Shown here piece by piece: positions 26,201 to 38,395 of a stretch of 64,000 nt of DNA. The stretch covers positions 434,001 through 498,000 of the forward strand of contig NIVC01000212.1 in NCBI GenBank assembly GCA_002269645.1. The letters run 5' to 3'. How positions within the stretch are numbered: position 1 is the first letter of the stretch; every line of letters starts with the position of its first letter. Both the position numbers and the translations under genes were made by a program. The notes under the pieces were generated by a model. It was not told the DNA's origin and did no database searches. It worked only from the letters and a program-made list of their open reading frames with translations. This DNA is from Macrostomum lignano. Its lineage: Eukaryota.

Positions 26201-27242
26201 GGATGCTTCTACAATATTTGGAGGATGCTTGTTATCTGCAGATGCTTGCTATTTGGGTGGATGCTTCTACAATATTTGGGAAATGCTTGCTGTCTGGGTG
26301 GATGCTTGCTATCTGCAGATGCTTGCTATCTGGGTGGATGCTTCTAAAATATTTGGGGGATGCTTGCTATCTGGGTGGATGCTTCTACAATATTTGGGGG
26401 ATGCTTGCTATCTAGCTGGATGCTTCTACAATATTTGGGGGATGCTTGTTATCTGCAGATGCTTGCTATTTGGGTGGATGCTTCTACAATATTTGGGAAA
26501 TGCTTGCTGTCTGGTTGGATGCTTGCTATCTGCAGATGCTTGCTATCTGGGTGGATGCTTCTACAATATTTGGGGGATGCTTGTTATCTGCAGATGCTTG
26601 CTATCTGGGTGGATGATTCTACAATATTTGGGAAATGCTTGCTGTCTGCAGGATGCTCGCTATCTGGGTGGATGCTTGCTACGAGTATTAGGGGATGCTT
26701 GCTATCTGCGGTTGCTTACCTTTGGAGGGGGTGCTTGCGATCTGGAGGGATGCTTGCTGTCTTGGGAATATTTTCTTTTTAGGGGTAATGTCTGTTATCT
26801 TTGTGAAAGTTATATTTTGTTGTATATTTGTTAATTTTAGAAAAAAATAGATTCATAGCAAATATCATTGTCCGTGACAATTTTACATGAATAAGGTGAT
26901 TTTTAAAAGTTAAGAAGGAATTGGTGTTTAAGAAAATGTGCTTTTTTAATTGTTTTCCATTAACTATTTTTGCTCTGTGCTTATTGGGCGCCCCGAAGGG
27001 GGGCCGCACTAGATTGCTAGTTAAAACTGATCTCCTAAGAGTCTAATGAACTTTGAAAGTTGACTTGCTAGTAGTTGAATTTAATGCACTGCATTAAATG
27101 CGATGGTGCCTTTACATTATGTATGGTACATTACATTATGTAATGTAATACAGAAGGCCTTCAAACTCACAATTAGCAGACTGTTCACGATGTACAGTAT
27201 GCATGCAGCAATCTGGGAGGTGCAACAGCCGCAGGCGCCCAT
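13372..27242 (-). CDS. Tetraspanin A (~298 aa, 7 exons, 6-Cys large loop)
   Basis: Minus-strand exons 27242-27171, 19275-19098, 17311-17208, 16226-16038, 15950-15857, 14595-14405, 13440-13372; phases consistent. Starts MGACGCC; four TM segments; GCVGACC; LECCG motif; PLSCC; KNC; KSC. Confidence 0.92.
13500..14260. repeat. CAGA-derived minisatellite, tetraspanin A intron 6
   Basis: cagacaggcaaacagacagtcgga blocks. Confidence 0.95.
14752..15800. repeat. 25-bp minisatellite (taggatcagcttcatcaccttaata), tetraspanin A intron 5
   Basis: About 40 units. Confidence 0.95.
16965..17165. repeat. ~32-bp minisatellite (tctaatagcctcagttgatctgtccctaatca), tetraspanin A intron 3
   Basis: About 6 degenerate units. 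Confidence 0.8.
17357..19072. repeat. 23-26-bp minisatellite (gatgtcagatggcgcctaaaacta), tetraspanin A intron 2
   Basis: About 70 units; rare variants recur at a 713-bp offset. Confidence 0.97.
19306..19712. repeat. 32/35-bp minisatellite (gagcctaatgcgatttgatatcggtctcctaa)
   Basis: About 12 units next to the exon 2 acceptor, in intron 1. Confidence 0.9.
20301..20364 (+). other. tRNA-derived (SINE-head-like) segment inside Helitron copy 1
   Basis: B-box GGTTCGAATC at 20346-20355; weak A-box; no complete cloverleaf. Confidence 0.5.
20425..21200. repeat. 23-bp minisatellite (aaacataaaagagccaccatgtc), block 1
   Basis: Degenerate tandem units inside Helitron copy 1. Confidence 0.9.
21295..21935. 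repeat. 16-18-bp minisatellite (gggggatgcttgctatct)
   Basis: About 35 units; the same family recurs at 23475-23790 and 26010-26765. Confidence 0.95.
22005..23420. repeat. 23-bp minisatellite, block 2
   Basis: Same unit as 20425-21200; ~206-bp higher-order repeat marked by tttacgtgac at 22621, 22827 and 23033. Confidence 0.9.
23475..23790. repeat. 18-bp gatgcttgctatct family, decayed block
   Basis: Precedes the 3' end of Helitron copy 1. Confidence 0.8.
24474..24537 (+). other. tRNA-derived (SINE-head-like) segment inside Helitron copy 2
   Basis: A-box-like TAGCCTAGCTGTAA and B-box GGTTCGAATC at 24519-24528. Confidence 0.5.
24612..25918. repeat. 24-bp minisatellite (tgcacttgataaaccaaggattat)
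   Basis: About 54 units inside Helitron copy 2. Confidence 0.97.
26010..26765. repeat. gatgcttgctatct family variant with ttctacaatattt units
   Basis: Precedes the 3' end of Helitron copy 2. Confidence 0.9.
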
Positions 27243-27342
27243 CTTTGAATCAAGTCAGATTATTGCTTAGAGAATTCAAGCAGTATATGAGCAACTTGAG
27301 AGCTTGTAGTCCTGGTATATCCCAGAGCGATTATATCTTCCC

Positions 27343-27524
27343 GTTGCTAACGTAGCTTTTTTGTTTACGTTAGCAACCCAGTTCCTTGTGCAGTTGACGA
27401 GCGGAGACTGTTTTGAACAAAGAACATCTGCTCGGGTTCTGCAATAGCGCCTGGCAGTTGCAGAAGTTTAATAGCAGCAGGTATACATGGAGGCTATAGT
27501 TTTCTCATCCGTTGCTATGGTAAC
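27343..27524 (-). promoter_or_regulatory. Putative RFX X-box plus forkhead site upstream of tetraspanin A
   Basis: GTTGCTATGGTAAC at 27511-27524 fits the X-box consensus. TGTTTAC at 27362-27368 overlaps the spacer and right arm of the 12-bp inverted repeat gttgctaacgta (27343-27354) / tacgttagcaac (27366-27377). Confidence 0.55.
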
Positions 27525-27997
27525 TGGCTTCCCCCCCCCCCGGGCTCGGAGGGAAGGAAAGCAGAGGGCAATGCCTGCCAACCAGAAGAGAAATAGACAG
27601 GATGCGAGGGGATGAAGGGGACGCAGTGTGGGAAAAATGGAGTGAGAAAAGCTCTTCTAACCTGTAGCAGAACTGGCTATTGCCTGACAGACTTGTACTC
27701 TTTCTCGCCTTTTCTCTCTCTCCATTTCCTGCTAAAAGCTGCACGCGTTGCTTGTCAATGCAAGCAGTTTTTTCACCTGTATGTCCTCCGCTAATTCTAA
27801 TTCGTAAGACTTGATGTACTTTGCTGCTTTTTGGGGTGGGGTAGATTCCTGCGCCTATTGTGAGCAAATATCCACGCTTTACATGTACTGAGCAGCCGGC
27901 TGGTTCCAGTTTAGAGTTGTACAAGTGCAGCTTCCTGGCGACTCCAGCCGCACTGTATTACATGTATATACCATGATCAATCAATTCCTTATTCCTG

Positions 27998-28348
27998 ATC
28001 AAGTCTCATTAGGCTCTGACACTCCAGTCTCATTATTTGGCTCTGACACTCCAGTCTCATTATTAGGCTCTGACACTCCGGTCTCATAATTAGGCTCTGA
28101 CATTCAAGTCTCATTAGGCTCTGACACTCCAGTCTCATTAGGCTCTGACACTCAAGTCTCATTATTAGGCTCTGACACTCCAGTCTCATTAGGCTCTGAC
28201 ACTCCAGTCTCATTAGGCTCTGACACTCCAGTCTCATTAGGCTCTGACACTCCAGTATCATTAGGCTCAGACACTCCAGTCTCATTATTAGGCTCAGACA
28301 CTCCAGTCTCATTAGGCTCCGACACTCCGACAAGTCTCATTATTAGGC
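27998..28348. repeat. 24/27-bp minisatellite (ctcattaggctctgacactccagt)
   Basis: About 14 units between the two tetraspanins. Confidence 0.93.
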
Positions 28349-29139
28349 TTCAACGTTTGGGCTAGAAGCCTCTCATGGTGAAATCTTGAACGTGCTTTCT
28401 GTATGATCTATTTTTGAAAGCTTTATGAAAAATTCGTACATTCCTACTTATGCATTCAGCTGTCAGTCCGGTATAGTAGGGCATTCGCTATAGAAATTTG
28501 CTGGAATTGTTGTAAAATTTTAGTCACGCGGATTTCGCCTCTTTTTTGTTTCCAAAAATAGCATCACTATTTTCTCCATTGTTAAATAAAATTTTCAACA
28601 ATAATAGAAGCGTAATAAAATATACTCGTAGTATAGTCATTGCAGCAGCTGTGAGTCACTCATATCAACGACTGTATGGATATAATTTATGTCTGAACAA
28701 ATATTTGAACCAAACAAAATTTATACAAGAATAGCATGATTGATATTTAAGTCGCAGGATTAGTGGAATATTATCATAAATAACATTACAATTTACATGC
28801 AATTGTATTAGGCCGCATTCATACTGCTTTAAATTTTACTTTAAGTAAACAAGAATACGACTTAAAAATTTATTTTTAATTTTTAATTAAAATGGTTAAA
28901 ATTAAAACGAAAAATCGCGACTACTTCTGTAAGTTGGTAATTTTAATCTGATTTAAAATCTTGATCTTTTTAACCACAATAAAAACATCGGACCCTCGGT
29001 AGGTAAAAGCTGATATTTATATATTAAATGATTTTGTTAAAATGTGTCTGTTTTGTTTAACGCATGCACAGCTTGCATTTAGACGACAGCGAAAATTCCG
29101 GATGACATTTTGGCGATGCTGAACTGCCCGTGTGCACTT

Positions 29140-30753
29140 TTAGGTGACGCTCTTCTCCAGATTAATCAGAATTATGATGGCCAGCGCTGCTATGCAGCCC
29201 TGCGGATAGGGTGTTGGTGATAGATGTGTGATAGTTGTGTGATATCTGTGTGATAACTGTGTGCTGTAATACATGTAGCTGTGTGATAGCTGTGTGATAG
29301 CTGTGTGAAAGCTGTGATAGCTGTGTGATAGCTGTGTGATAGCTCTATGATAGCTGTGTGATAGCTCTATGATAGCTGTGTGATAGCTGTGTGACAGCTG
29401 TATGATAGCTGTGTGATAGCTCTATGATAGCTGTGTGAAAGCTATGTGATAGCAGTGTGAAAGCTATGTGATAGCTGTGTGATAGCTCTATGATAGCTGT
29501 GTGATAGCTCTATGATAGCTGTGTGATACCTCTATGATAGCTGTGTGATAGCTCTATGATAGCTGTGTGATAGCTGTGTGATAGCTGTGTGATAGCTCTA
29601 TGATAGCTGTGTGATAGCTGTGTGACAGCTGTATGATAGCTGTGTGATAGCTCTATGATAGCTGTGTGATAGCAGTGTGAAAGCTGTGTGATAGCTCTAT
29701 GATAGCTGTGTGAAAGCTGTGTGATAGCTGTGTGATAGCTGTGATAGCTCTATGATAGTTGTGTGATAGCTGTGTGACAGCTGTATGATAGCTGTGTGAT
29801 AGCTCTATGATAGCTGTGTGATAGCAGTGTGAAAGCTGTGTGAAAGCTGTGTGATAGCTCTATGATAGCTGTGTGAAAGCTGTGTGAAAGCTGTGTGAAA
29901 GCTGTGTGATAGCTGTGTGATAGCAATGTGATAGCTGTGTGATAGCTCTATGATAGCTGTGTGATAGCAGTGTGAAAGCTGTGTGAAAGCTGTGTGAAAG
30001 CTTTATGATAGCTGTGTGAAAGCTGTGTGATAGCTGTGATTCAACACTCACAATGACTCCGGCAGCGATGAACAGGCCGTATGTGGCGTAGGCTGAATAA
30101 GTGTCGAAGGCGTTCCACAATTTTGTGTAGCAGCCGCCCTCGTACATGTTGCTGTTCTGACTGTCCGGTGAGTAGGTGCAGTTCTCGTAGGTTGGCTCAA
30201 AGGTGGCTCCGGAGATCTTGCAGCAGGACTCGGGTAGGACTTCGTCTGGGAATTTCGGACACCGTCAGGTTTTTAATGAGTAAGGTCTAACCATCATCGT
30301 TCAATAGGGTCTAGCCATAGACAAAATGAGGGCCAACCCCCCAAGGCAAGGCCCAAAAGCCGTAAAAAGCTAATAAAAAAATAAACTAACTCACCTATGT
30401 AGGTTCCATTCTTCAGTTGATAAGTGCTATTCCAGGTGTTGAATTCATGGTAAATTGTGTAGTTATCAACTCCGCAACAGGGAACCTGCGGGTGTAGTGC
30501 AAATTTTATGGTGTTACGGCTTTATACAGTTAGAAGTAAAGAGTGGGCACAGATGTATAGATTGAATGGAATTTTTTATACGAGCTGCTTGCTGAAGTGG
30601 GGTCGAATTTTAGGGCTTTGGAATAATATCAATACAATTTTCGACTAGCAGAAGCCGTGCATCTCATGCAGCTATGCTCACAGAATAGGAAAGATGGAAC
30701 CGGGAAAAATGAAGAGGTAGAGTGAGGGAGAAGCAGAGAAGGGAGAGAGGTAG

Positions 30754-30787
<34 letters not shown>

Positions 30788-30794
30788 TGTGTGT

Positions 30795-30848
<54 letters not shown>

Positions 30849-31104
30849 AGAGAGAAAGAGAGAGAGAGAGGGAGAGGGGAGAGAGAGAGGTATAGAGGGA
30901 GAAAGAGGTAGAGAGGGAGAGTAAGATAAAGAGGGAGAGAGAGGTAGAGAGAGGGAGAGAAGGAGAAGAAGGAGAGAAAGGTAGAGAGGTAGAGAGGGAG
31001 AGAGAGGGAGAGAAGGAGAGAAAGGTAGAGAGGGAGAGAGGGAGAGGGAGAGAGGGGTAGAGAGGGATAGAGAGAGGGAGAGAGGGAGAGAGAGGGAGAG
31101 AGAA

Positions 31105-31135
<31 letters not shown>

Positions 31136-34100
31136 GGGAGAGAGGGAGATAAAGGTAGAGGGAGAGAGTCAGATGTCACTGCCTAATCAGTCGCAGCAGG
31201 ACAGCAAACAGAAGAGAGGCGGAAGAGAGATAAAGTATGAACTGGACAGACAATACGTTTTTACTGCAACAACCAGGCAGCCAAACTAGAATCGACAGCT
31301 GCAGTATTGCTGACTTACCCTGGCCTGAATAAGGTCCAGAATATTAGTAAACTCATTAGCCGAGCCGCGACCTTTGTACTCCGATTTGACCAGAGTAGTC
31401 ATTTGCTTCGCACCCTCCGTGCGCATCAGGTTTTTGTTGATGATGTAGCCAGCTGCCAGGCCCGCGCAGGCCAGAGCCAGGACCGCCATGATCACGATGT
31501 ACTTTTAATTGGCGAGTGCAAGGGTTGGAGTTAGGTAACTTGGAGAATTCCTTTCAACTATTAATTTTCTAGGATTATTGGACATTGGAATACTCGGACA
31601 CAGGGATACTCGGACATAAGGATACTCGGACACTGGGAGTATTCGGACACTAGGATACTCAGACACTGAGATACTTCGGACAGAGGGATACTCAGACACT
31701 GAGATACTTCGGACAGAGGGATACTCAGACACCTAGGATCTCGGACAACAAAGGCAGCAGTATAGAAGCTCACCACAATGATAAGCAGTTTAGAGTTGCA
31801 GCAGGCTCCAATAGCTCCAATTATGCCCGTGGCAACCAGAAACAGGCCAACAGCCAACAGAGCTATGCCAGCATAACCTGGGTTTCACAGTGCGAGTGTG
31901 GGTGGGCATGGATTATTATAGCGTGCGCAGGTCACGTACTTGTAACTTTCGAGGATCGATAAGTTTAATTATCTTTTATCTTTTTATCTGGGTCTGGGGG
32001 CACGATCTTCTAGCAACTTTATCTGGCACTGCTGGACTTCTCTCTACCCCTCTACCTCTCTCCCTCTCTACCTCTACCTCTCTACTTCTCTACCTCTCTC
32101 CCTCTCTCCCTCTCTCCCTCTCTCTCCCTCTCTCCCTCTCTCTCTCTCTCTCTCCCTCTCTACCTCTACCTCTCTACTTCTCTACCTCTCTCCCTCTCTA
32201 CCTCTCTACCTCTCTCCCTCTCTACCTCTACCTCTCTACCTCTCTCCCTCTCTACCTCTACCTCTCTACCTCTCTCCCTCTCTACCTCTACCTCTCTACA
32301 TCTCTACCTCTCTCCCTCTCTACCTCTACCTCTCTACATCTCTACCTCTCTCCCTCTCTACCTCTACCTCTCTAACTCTACCTCTCTACATCTCTACCTC
32401 TCTCCCTCTCTACCTCTACCTCTCTACTTCTCTACCTCTCTCCCTCTCTCCCTCTCTCCCTCTCTCTCCCTCTCTCCCTCTCTCTCTCTCTCCCTCTCTA
32501 CCTCTACCTCTCTACTTCTCTACCTCTCTCCCTCTCTACCTCTCTACCTCTCTCCCTCTCTACCTCTACCTCTCTACCTCTCTCCCTCTCTACCTCTACC
32601 TCTCTACCTCTCTCCCTCTCTACCTCTACCTCTCTACTTCTCTACCTCTCTCCCTCTCTACCTCTCTACCTCTCTCCCTCTCTACCTCTACCTCTCTACC
32701 TCTCTCCCTCTCTACCTCTACCTCTCTACATCTCTACCTCTCTCCCTCTCTACCTCTACCTCTCTACTTCTCTACCTCTCTCCCTCTCTACTTCTCTACC
32801 TCTCTCCCTCTCTACCTCTCTACCTCTACCTCTCTATCTCTCTCCCTCTCTACCTCTACCTCTCTACCTCTCTCCCTCTCTACCTCTACCTCTCTACCTC
32901 TCTCCCTCTCTACCTCTACCTCTCTACATCTCTACCTCTCTCCCTCTCTACCTCTACCTCTCTACATCTCTACCTCTCTCCCTCTCTACCTCTACCTCTC
33001 TAACTCTACCTCTCTTCCTCTCTACCTCTCTTCCTCTCTACCTCTCTTCCTCTCTACCTCTCTTTCTCTCTACCTCTCTTTCTCTCTACCTCTCTTCCTC
33101 TCTACCTCTCTTTCTCTCTACCTCTCTTCCTCTCTACCTCTCTTTCTCTCTACCTCTCTTCCTCTCTACCTCTCTTTCTCTCTACCTCTCTTTCTCTCTA
33201 CCTCTCTTTCTCTCTACCTCTCTTTCTCTCTACCTCTCTTTCTCTCTACCTCTCTTTCTCTCTACCTCTCTTTCTCTCTACCTCTCTTCCTCTCTACCTC
33301 TCTTTCTCTCTACCTCTCTTTCTCTCTACCTCTCTTTCTCTCTACCTCTCTTTCTCTCTACCTCTCTTTCTCTCTACCTCTCTTCCTCTCTACCTCTCTT
33401 TCTCTCTACCTCTCTTCCTTTCTCCCTCTCTCCCTCACTTACTCTCTTCCTGCTCTCTCTCTCTGCATCTCTCCCTCTCTGCATCTCTCCTTTTCTACTT
33501 CTCTACCTCTTCTCTACCTCTCTACCTCTCATTCACATTTAACAAATGAATCACATCGAGCTCACTTACTGACATAGACAGACCAGGTGCCCAGCACCTT
33601 CTGCAAATCGCTAAACGACAAAGGCGTGGAGGAACCAATCTGACTGCTGCCGATATTGGACAGGGCGGCGCTGAGTAGTTGAAATACCAGATTGCCGCCC
33701 CAGTGCAGAATGCACCCGATGATGGCCAGGACTACACCAATAGTCTGATCGATGGGTTGTGGAGTTGGCACAGATGTGATAGTTAGTGTACATTATCTAG
33801 CAATGCTTTGTGTGCTGATTTGAGTACCTTTGCGGCGCTGCTTTGTAATGGCACCGGTTAGGACGGCGCCTTTTAGGACGGCGCCTTTTAGGACGGCGCC
33901 TTTTCGGACGGCGCCTTCTATGGTGGCGCCTTTCTAGGGTGGCGCCTTTCTAAGGTGGCGCCTTTCTAGGTGGCGCCTTTCTAGGGTGGCGTCTTTCTAG
34001 GGTGGCGCCTTTCTAGGGTGGCGCCTTTCTAGGGTGGCGCCTTTCTAGGGTCGCGCCTTTCTAGGGTGGCGCCTTTCTAGGGTGGCGCCTTTCTAGGGTG

Positions 34101-34887
34101 GCGCCTTTCTAGGGTGGCGCCTTTCTAGGGTGGCTGCTTCTAGAGCGACGCTTTCTAGGGCGGCGCTTTCTAAGGTGGCGCTTTTTAGGGTGGCGCCTTC
34201 TACGAGGAAGCCTTCTAGGGTAGGGTGACGCCTTCTAGAGTGGCACCTTCTAGGGTGGCGCGTTTTAGAGTGGCGCCTTCTATGGTGGCGCCTTTCTAGG
34301 GTGGCGCCTTTCTAGGGTGGCGCCTTTCTGGGGTGGCGCCTTTCTAAGGTGGCGCCTTTCTAGGGTGGCGCCTTTCTAGGGTGGCGCCTTTCTAGGGTGG
34401 CGCCTTTCTAGGGTGGCTGCTTCTAGAGCGACGCTTTCTAGGGCGGCGCTTTCTAAGGTGGCGCATTTTAGGGTGGCGCCTTCTACGAGGAAGCCTTCTA
34501 GGGTAGGGTGACGCCTTCTAGAGTGGCACCTTCTAGGGTGACGCCTTCTAGAGTGGCACCTTCTAGGGTGACGCCTTCTAGAGTGGCACGTTCTAGAGTG
34601 GCACCTTCTAGGGTGGCGCCTTTTAGAGTGGCGCCTTCTAGGATAGGGTGGCGCCTTTCTAGGGTGGCGCCTTTCTAAGGTGGCGCTTTTTAGGGTGGCA
34701 CTTTCTATTGTGGCGCCTTGTAGGGGTGTCACCATAGAATTGAACCTCATGGAATTGAAACTGGCCAAACAAGCCAAGCCAGCTGCAAACTCACAATCAG
34801 AATGCCGTTGATGGCTCCAAGCACGCATTTGGCCACCTGAGCGCTGCAGCAGGTGCACAGCTTAACGCAGCAAGAGCAAACTCCCAT
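29140..34887 (-). CDS. Tetraspanin B (~299 aa, 7 exons, 6-Cys large loop), paralog of A
   Basis: Exons 34887-34795, 33744-33570, 31877-31774, 31501-31319, 30485-30395, 30245-30052, 29199-29140; same phases as A. Starts MGVCSCCVKLCTCC; GAIGACC; VPCCG; PESCC; ENC; GGC. Confidence 0.92.
29215..30040. repeat. 11-bp minisatellite (gatagctgtgt) filling tetraspanin B intron 6
   Basis: Runs from just beside the acceptor to just beside the donor. Confidence 0.95.
30720..31170. repeat. (GT)n/(GA)n compound microsatellite
   Basis: Tetraspanin B intron 4. Confidence 0.95.
31583..31733. repeat. Short degenerate repeat (gatactcggacactg...)
   Basis: Tetraspanin B intron 3. Confidence 0.75.
32040..33530. 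repeat. CT-rich minisatellite (ctctctacct / ctctctttctctctac)
   Basis: Tetraspanin B intron 2. Confidence 0.95.
33858..34722. repeat. 16-bp minisatellite (ttctagggtggcgcct)
   Basis: Tetraspanin B intron 1. Confidence 0.95.
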
Positions 34888-35584
34888 GACTGTTGCAGTT
34901 AAACTTCAAGGTGAGGATGTGAGAAACAGGATTAATAAGAGAAGCCGCACTGATGCTGCTCAACTCAACAATCTCTGCGCTAAGTCTTCTCTCTGCTCTC
35001 CCGAGTTTATAGACTATGGGGGTGGGTGGGTGTTAGGAAATGGAGGAGAGCGGGCACACGGATCGCACAGCAAACGCGCAGATTTATTATTTAAGTCTAA
35101 AAATAGAAGTTGAAGGACGACCCTGCAAGGTGAGAGAGAATTAGAGAGCTTAGGGAAGGGAGGGAGAGAGAGAGAGAGAGGGAGTTGACCAGTGTGCATT
35201 TGGGTGAGACCTTGCTCACGAGATGCTCAATGGCTGTTTCTGTCTCTCTCTGTGTATTTGTGTACTCACGGTATCCATTGGCGACTTTATGCCTACCAAT
35301 AATAAAGTTTTCTGGTCATGGACTGTGTGTGTTTTCTTGTCGTTCTTATTTGCCCATTGTGTTGGCGGGTGTGTTTCGTGTGCAGGGTTGGCAGAGCTCT
35401 GAGAGCAGAATTAAGTATGTAGGCTCTCAGCTGAATTGTCAAAGAGGTTTCTGATGCACTAAACAGGCTATTTATTATATCTGCAGTTGTATTACAATTT
35501 GCCTGCTTGAGTTCAGCTCACATATGCAGCTATTTTCTAGTTTCTATGAGAGCTTATTTAAATCTAGAATGCTCTATCTGATGA

Positions 35585-35915
35585 TGAGATAGAGATAAAG
35601 ATGAGATAGAGATAAATATCAGAAAGAAATAGAGATGAGGTAGAGATAGAGGTAGAGATAGAGATGAGGTAGAGATAGAGGTAGAGATGAGATAGAGATA
35701 GAGATGAGATAGAGATGAGGTAGAGATAGAGATGAGATAGATATAGAGAATGGACAAGAGATAAAGATAGAATAGAGAGATATAAGATAGAGAATAGAGA
35801 TATAAGATAGAGAATAGAGAGATAAGATAGAGAATAGAGAGATAAAACAGAGAATAGAGAGATAAGATACAGATTAGAGAGATAAGATAGAGAATAGACA
35901 TGAGATAAAGATAGA
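35585..35915. repeat. Purine-rich gagata/agaata repeat
   Basis: Low-complexity tandem units. Confidence 0.85.
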
Positions 35916-36479
35916 AGCCTGGCCTGCATCTATCTAAGTAAATCTCTCACATTATCTCTCATCTCTTATCTTAATCTCTTCTCACTATCTCCCTCTTCCA
36001 CTTGTAAAATACGGTCTCATTACCTACTTCAGATATTCGAAAGCATACCAGATCTCCATTATTCATTTCTCATTTCGTTCCATTCGAATTTCGCAGAGAA
36101 CATTAATTGCTCTATGAAAATGAGCCAAGCTCACATGGAATTTTCACAGCGTGTGACGGAGACAGCCAAAATGCATTTAAAGTGCTCTCTCATCTTGTTT
36201 GCTCACCATATACCTGTCTTGTCATATTCTCCGCCCAAGCTTTTGCTGACTAATTCCACTTTAAAAGCCAATGCGTTGTTGCCAATCATTAGAAATATTA
36301 ATAACATGAGAGTAGGTTTGTTTATCGTAGCTAAATAATTGTCTGCTCTAAAAAGATTTATTTTAAATGTGAAGCATTTAAAATAGACAGAACGTCCTTG
36401 CTATTCGGTGAAATGATCTATGTAATAATCAGTGTCGTAAAATACATGTAGATCTCGTGCTGCGCCTGCGTGTACAGGG

Positions 36480-37030
36480 AAGAGGGTGTGGGGAGAGGGT
36501 ATGGTAGATTGGGTATGGTAGAAAGGGTATGGTAGAGAGGGTATGGTAGAGAGGGTATGGTAGAGAGGGTATGGTAGAGAGGGTATGGTAGAGAGGGTAT
36601 GGTAGAGAGGGTATGGTAGAGAGGGTATGGTAGAGAGGGTATGGTAGAGAGGGTATGGTAGAGAGGGTATGGTAGAGAGGGTATGGTAGAGAGGGTATGG
36701 TAGAGAGGATATGGTAGAGAGGGTATGGTAGAGAGGGTATGGTAGAGAGGGTATGGGGAGAGGGTATGGGGTGAGGGTATGGAGAGAGGGTATGGGGAGA
36801 GGGTATGGAGATAGGGTATGGAGAGAGGGTTTGGAGAGAGGGTATGGGGAGAGGATATGGGGAGAGGGTATGGTAGAGAGGGTATGGTAGAGAGGGTATG
36901 GTAGACTGGGTATGGTAGAGAGGGTATGATAAAGAAACTATGGTAGAGAGCCATAGAGGGTATGGTAGAGAGGGTATGTCAGAGAGGGTATGTCAGAGAG
37001 GGTATGGTAGAGAGGTTATGGTAGACTGGG
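36480..37030. repeat. 14-bp minisatellite (agagggtatggtag)
   Basis: More than 30 units. Confidence 0.95.
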
Positions 37031-37699
37031 TAAGGTAGAGATGATAAGAGAGGGTACTGGAGAGCGGGTCATTGGGGGTGGTTGAGACACAAGTGCAATA
37101 TGAATAAGAACATGGTAGAACCAACAACTTAAAAACTTAATTTCCACTGACAGCCAAAGCGCTTAGGAAACAGGAATAGCCGATTAGAACTAAAAAATCT
37201 TTCTGGGCAAAGATTGAGCCGCGCCCTGCCATTGTCACCCCCCTTCACAGATTTTTTCCACAAGCAAGAAGCAGTAAGTGCCCCCCCCCCCCGAGAATAC
37301 ATATTCTACGTCCAATATGGTACAGGCAACAATTTCACTAAGGACGGTGAGGAAACGTAACTATGCTATTTGCATTTAAAGGCATTTGTCGCTTTGTAAA
37401 AAATTATTGTACTGTTTACATTGACAACAGCTGTCGTTAAGGGTTCGTACAGCCTTTAATCAAAGTCAACTGATCTTAAAAGTACATTTGTGTAGTTACA
37501 GATGCCAGTGCACAATATTTTACGATTGAATGATTTTTTCTAGCATTGGGTTTGTATAGCTGTGCAGTGATTCATTTAACTTGTATTAAAAATGCTCAGA
37601 AAATACTCTAAGTAGCACAGTGCGCATTTTAGAATGCTTTTCAATGCTGTGATTTCAAAAGTGAGGCTGAAGCTTACTGTTGTAAACTATATTCATATT

Positions 37700-38395
37700 G
37701 CACCAACCCCCACGCCCTAGCCCACACCCTACACTCACACTCTGGCCTCACACCCAGACCCACATTCTAGCCCCACACTCTAGCCCCACACTCTAGCCCC
37801 ACACTCTAGCCCCATAATCTAGCCCCACACCCTACTCCCACACCCTACACCCAAACTCTACACCAACAATCTAGCCCTACACTCTACACCCACACTCTAG
37901 CCCCACACGATAGCCTCACACTCTCTGCATATAGTCTAACCCTAAGTCCCACACTCCAACTAGTCCCACACTCCAGCTAGTCCCACACTCCAGCTAGTCC
38001 CACACTCCAGCTAGTCCCACACTCCAGCTAGTCCCACACTCCAGCTAGTCCCACACTCCAGCTAGTCCCACACTCCAGCTAGTCCCACACTCCAGCTAGT
38101 CCCACACTCCAGCTAGTCCCACACTCCAGCTAGTCCCACACTCCAGCTAGTCCCACACTCCAGCTAGTCCCACACTCCAGCTAGTCCCACACTCCAGCTA
38201 GTCCCACACTCCAGCTAGTCCCACACTCCAGCTAGTCCCACACTCCAGCTAGTCCCACACTCCAGCTAGTCCCACACTCCAGCTAGTCCCACACTCCAGC
38301 TAGTCCCACACTCCAGCTAGTCCCACACTCCAGCTAGTCCCACACTCCAGCTAGTCCCACACTCCAGCTAGTCCCACACTCCAGCTAGTCCCTCA
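37700..38395. repeat. 14-bp (cacactctagcccc) then homogeneous 17-bp (cactccagctagtccca) arrays
   Basis: About 25 essentially identical 17-mers at 37960-38395. Confidence 0.95.

Larger units (their letters stand above)
23917..27020 (+). mobile_element. Non-autonomous Helitron-like element, copy 2, head-to-tail with copy 1
   Basis: TCCAATATACTAAAA begins directly after the CTAG of copy 1; (GT)n; homologous body; 3' hairpin gcccc-gaa-gggg..., then GATTGCTAG|T. Confidence 0.8.

Noticed and set aside
33858-34722. Shared palindromes (GGCGCC, GTGCAC, GATATC) in several array units as a common signal
   Set aside because: They differ between arrays and many units lack one; not distinguishable from chance without statistics.
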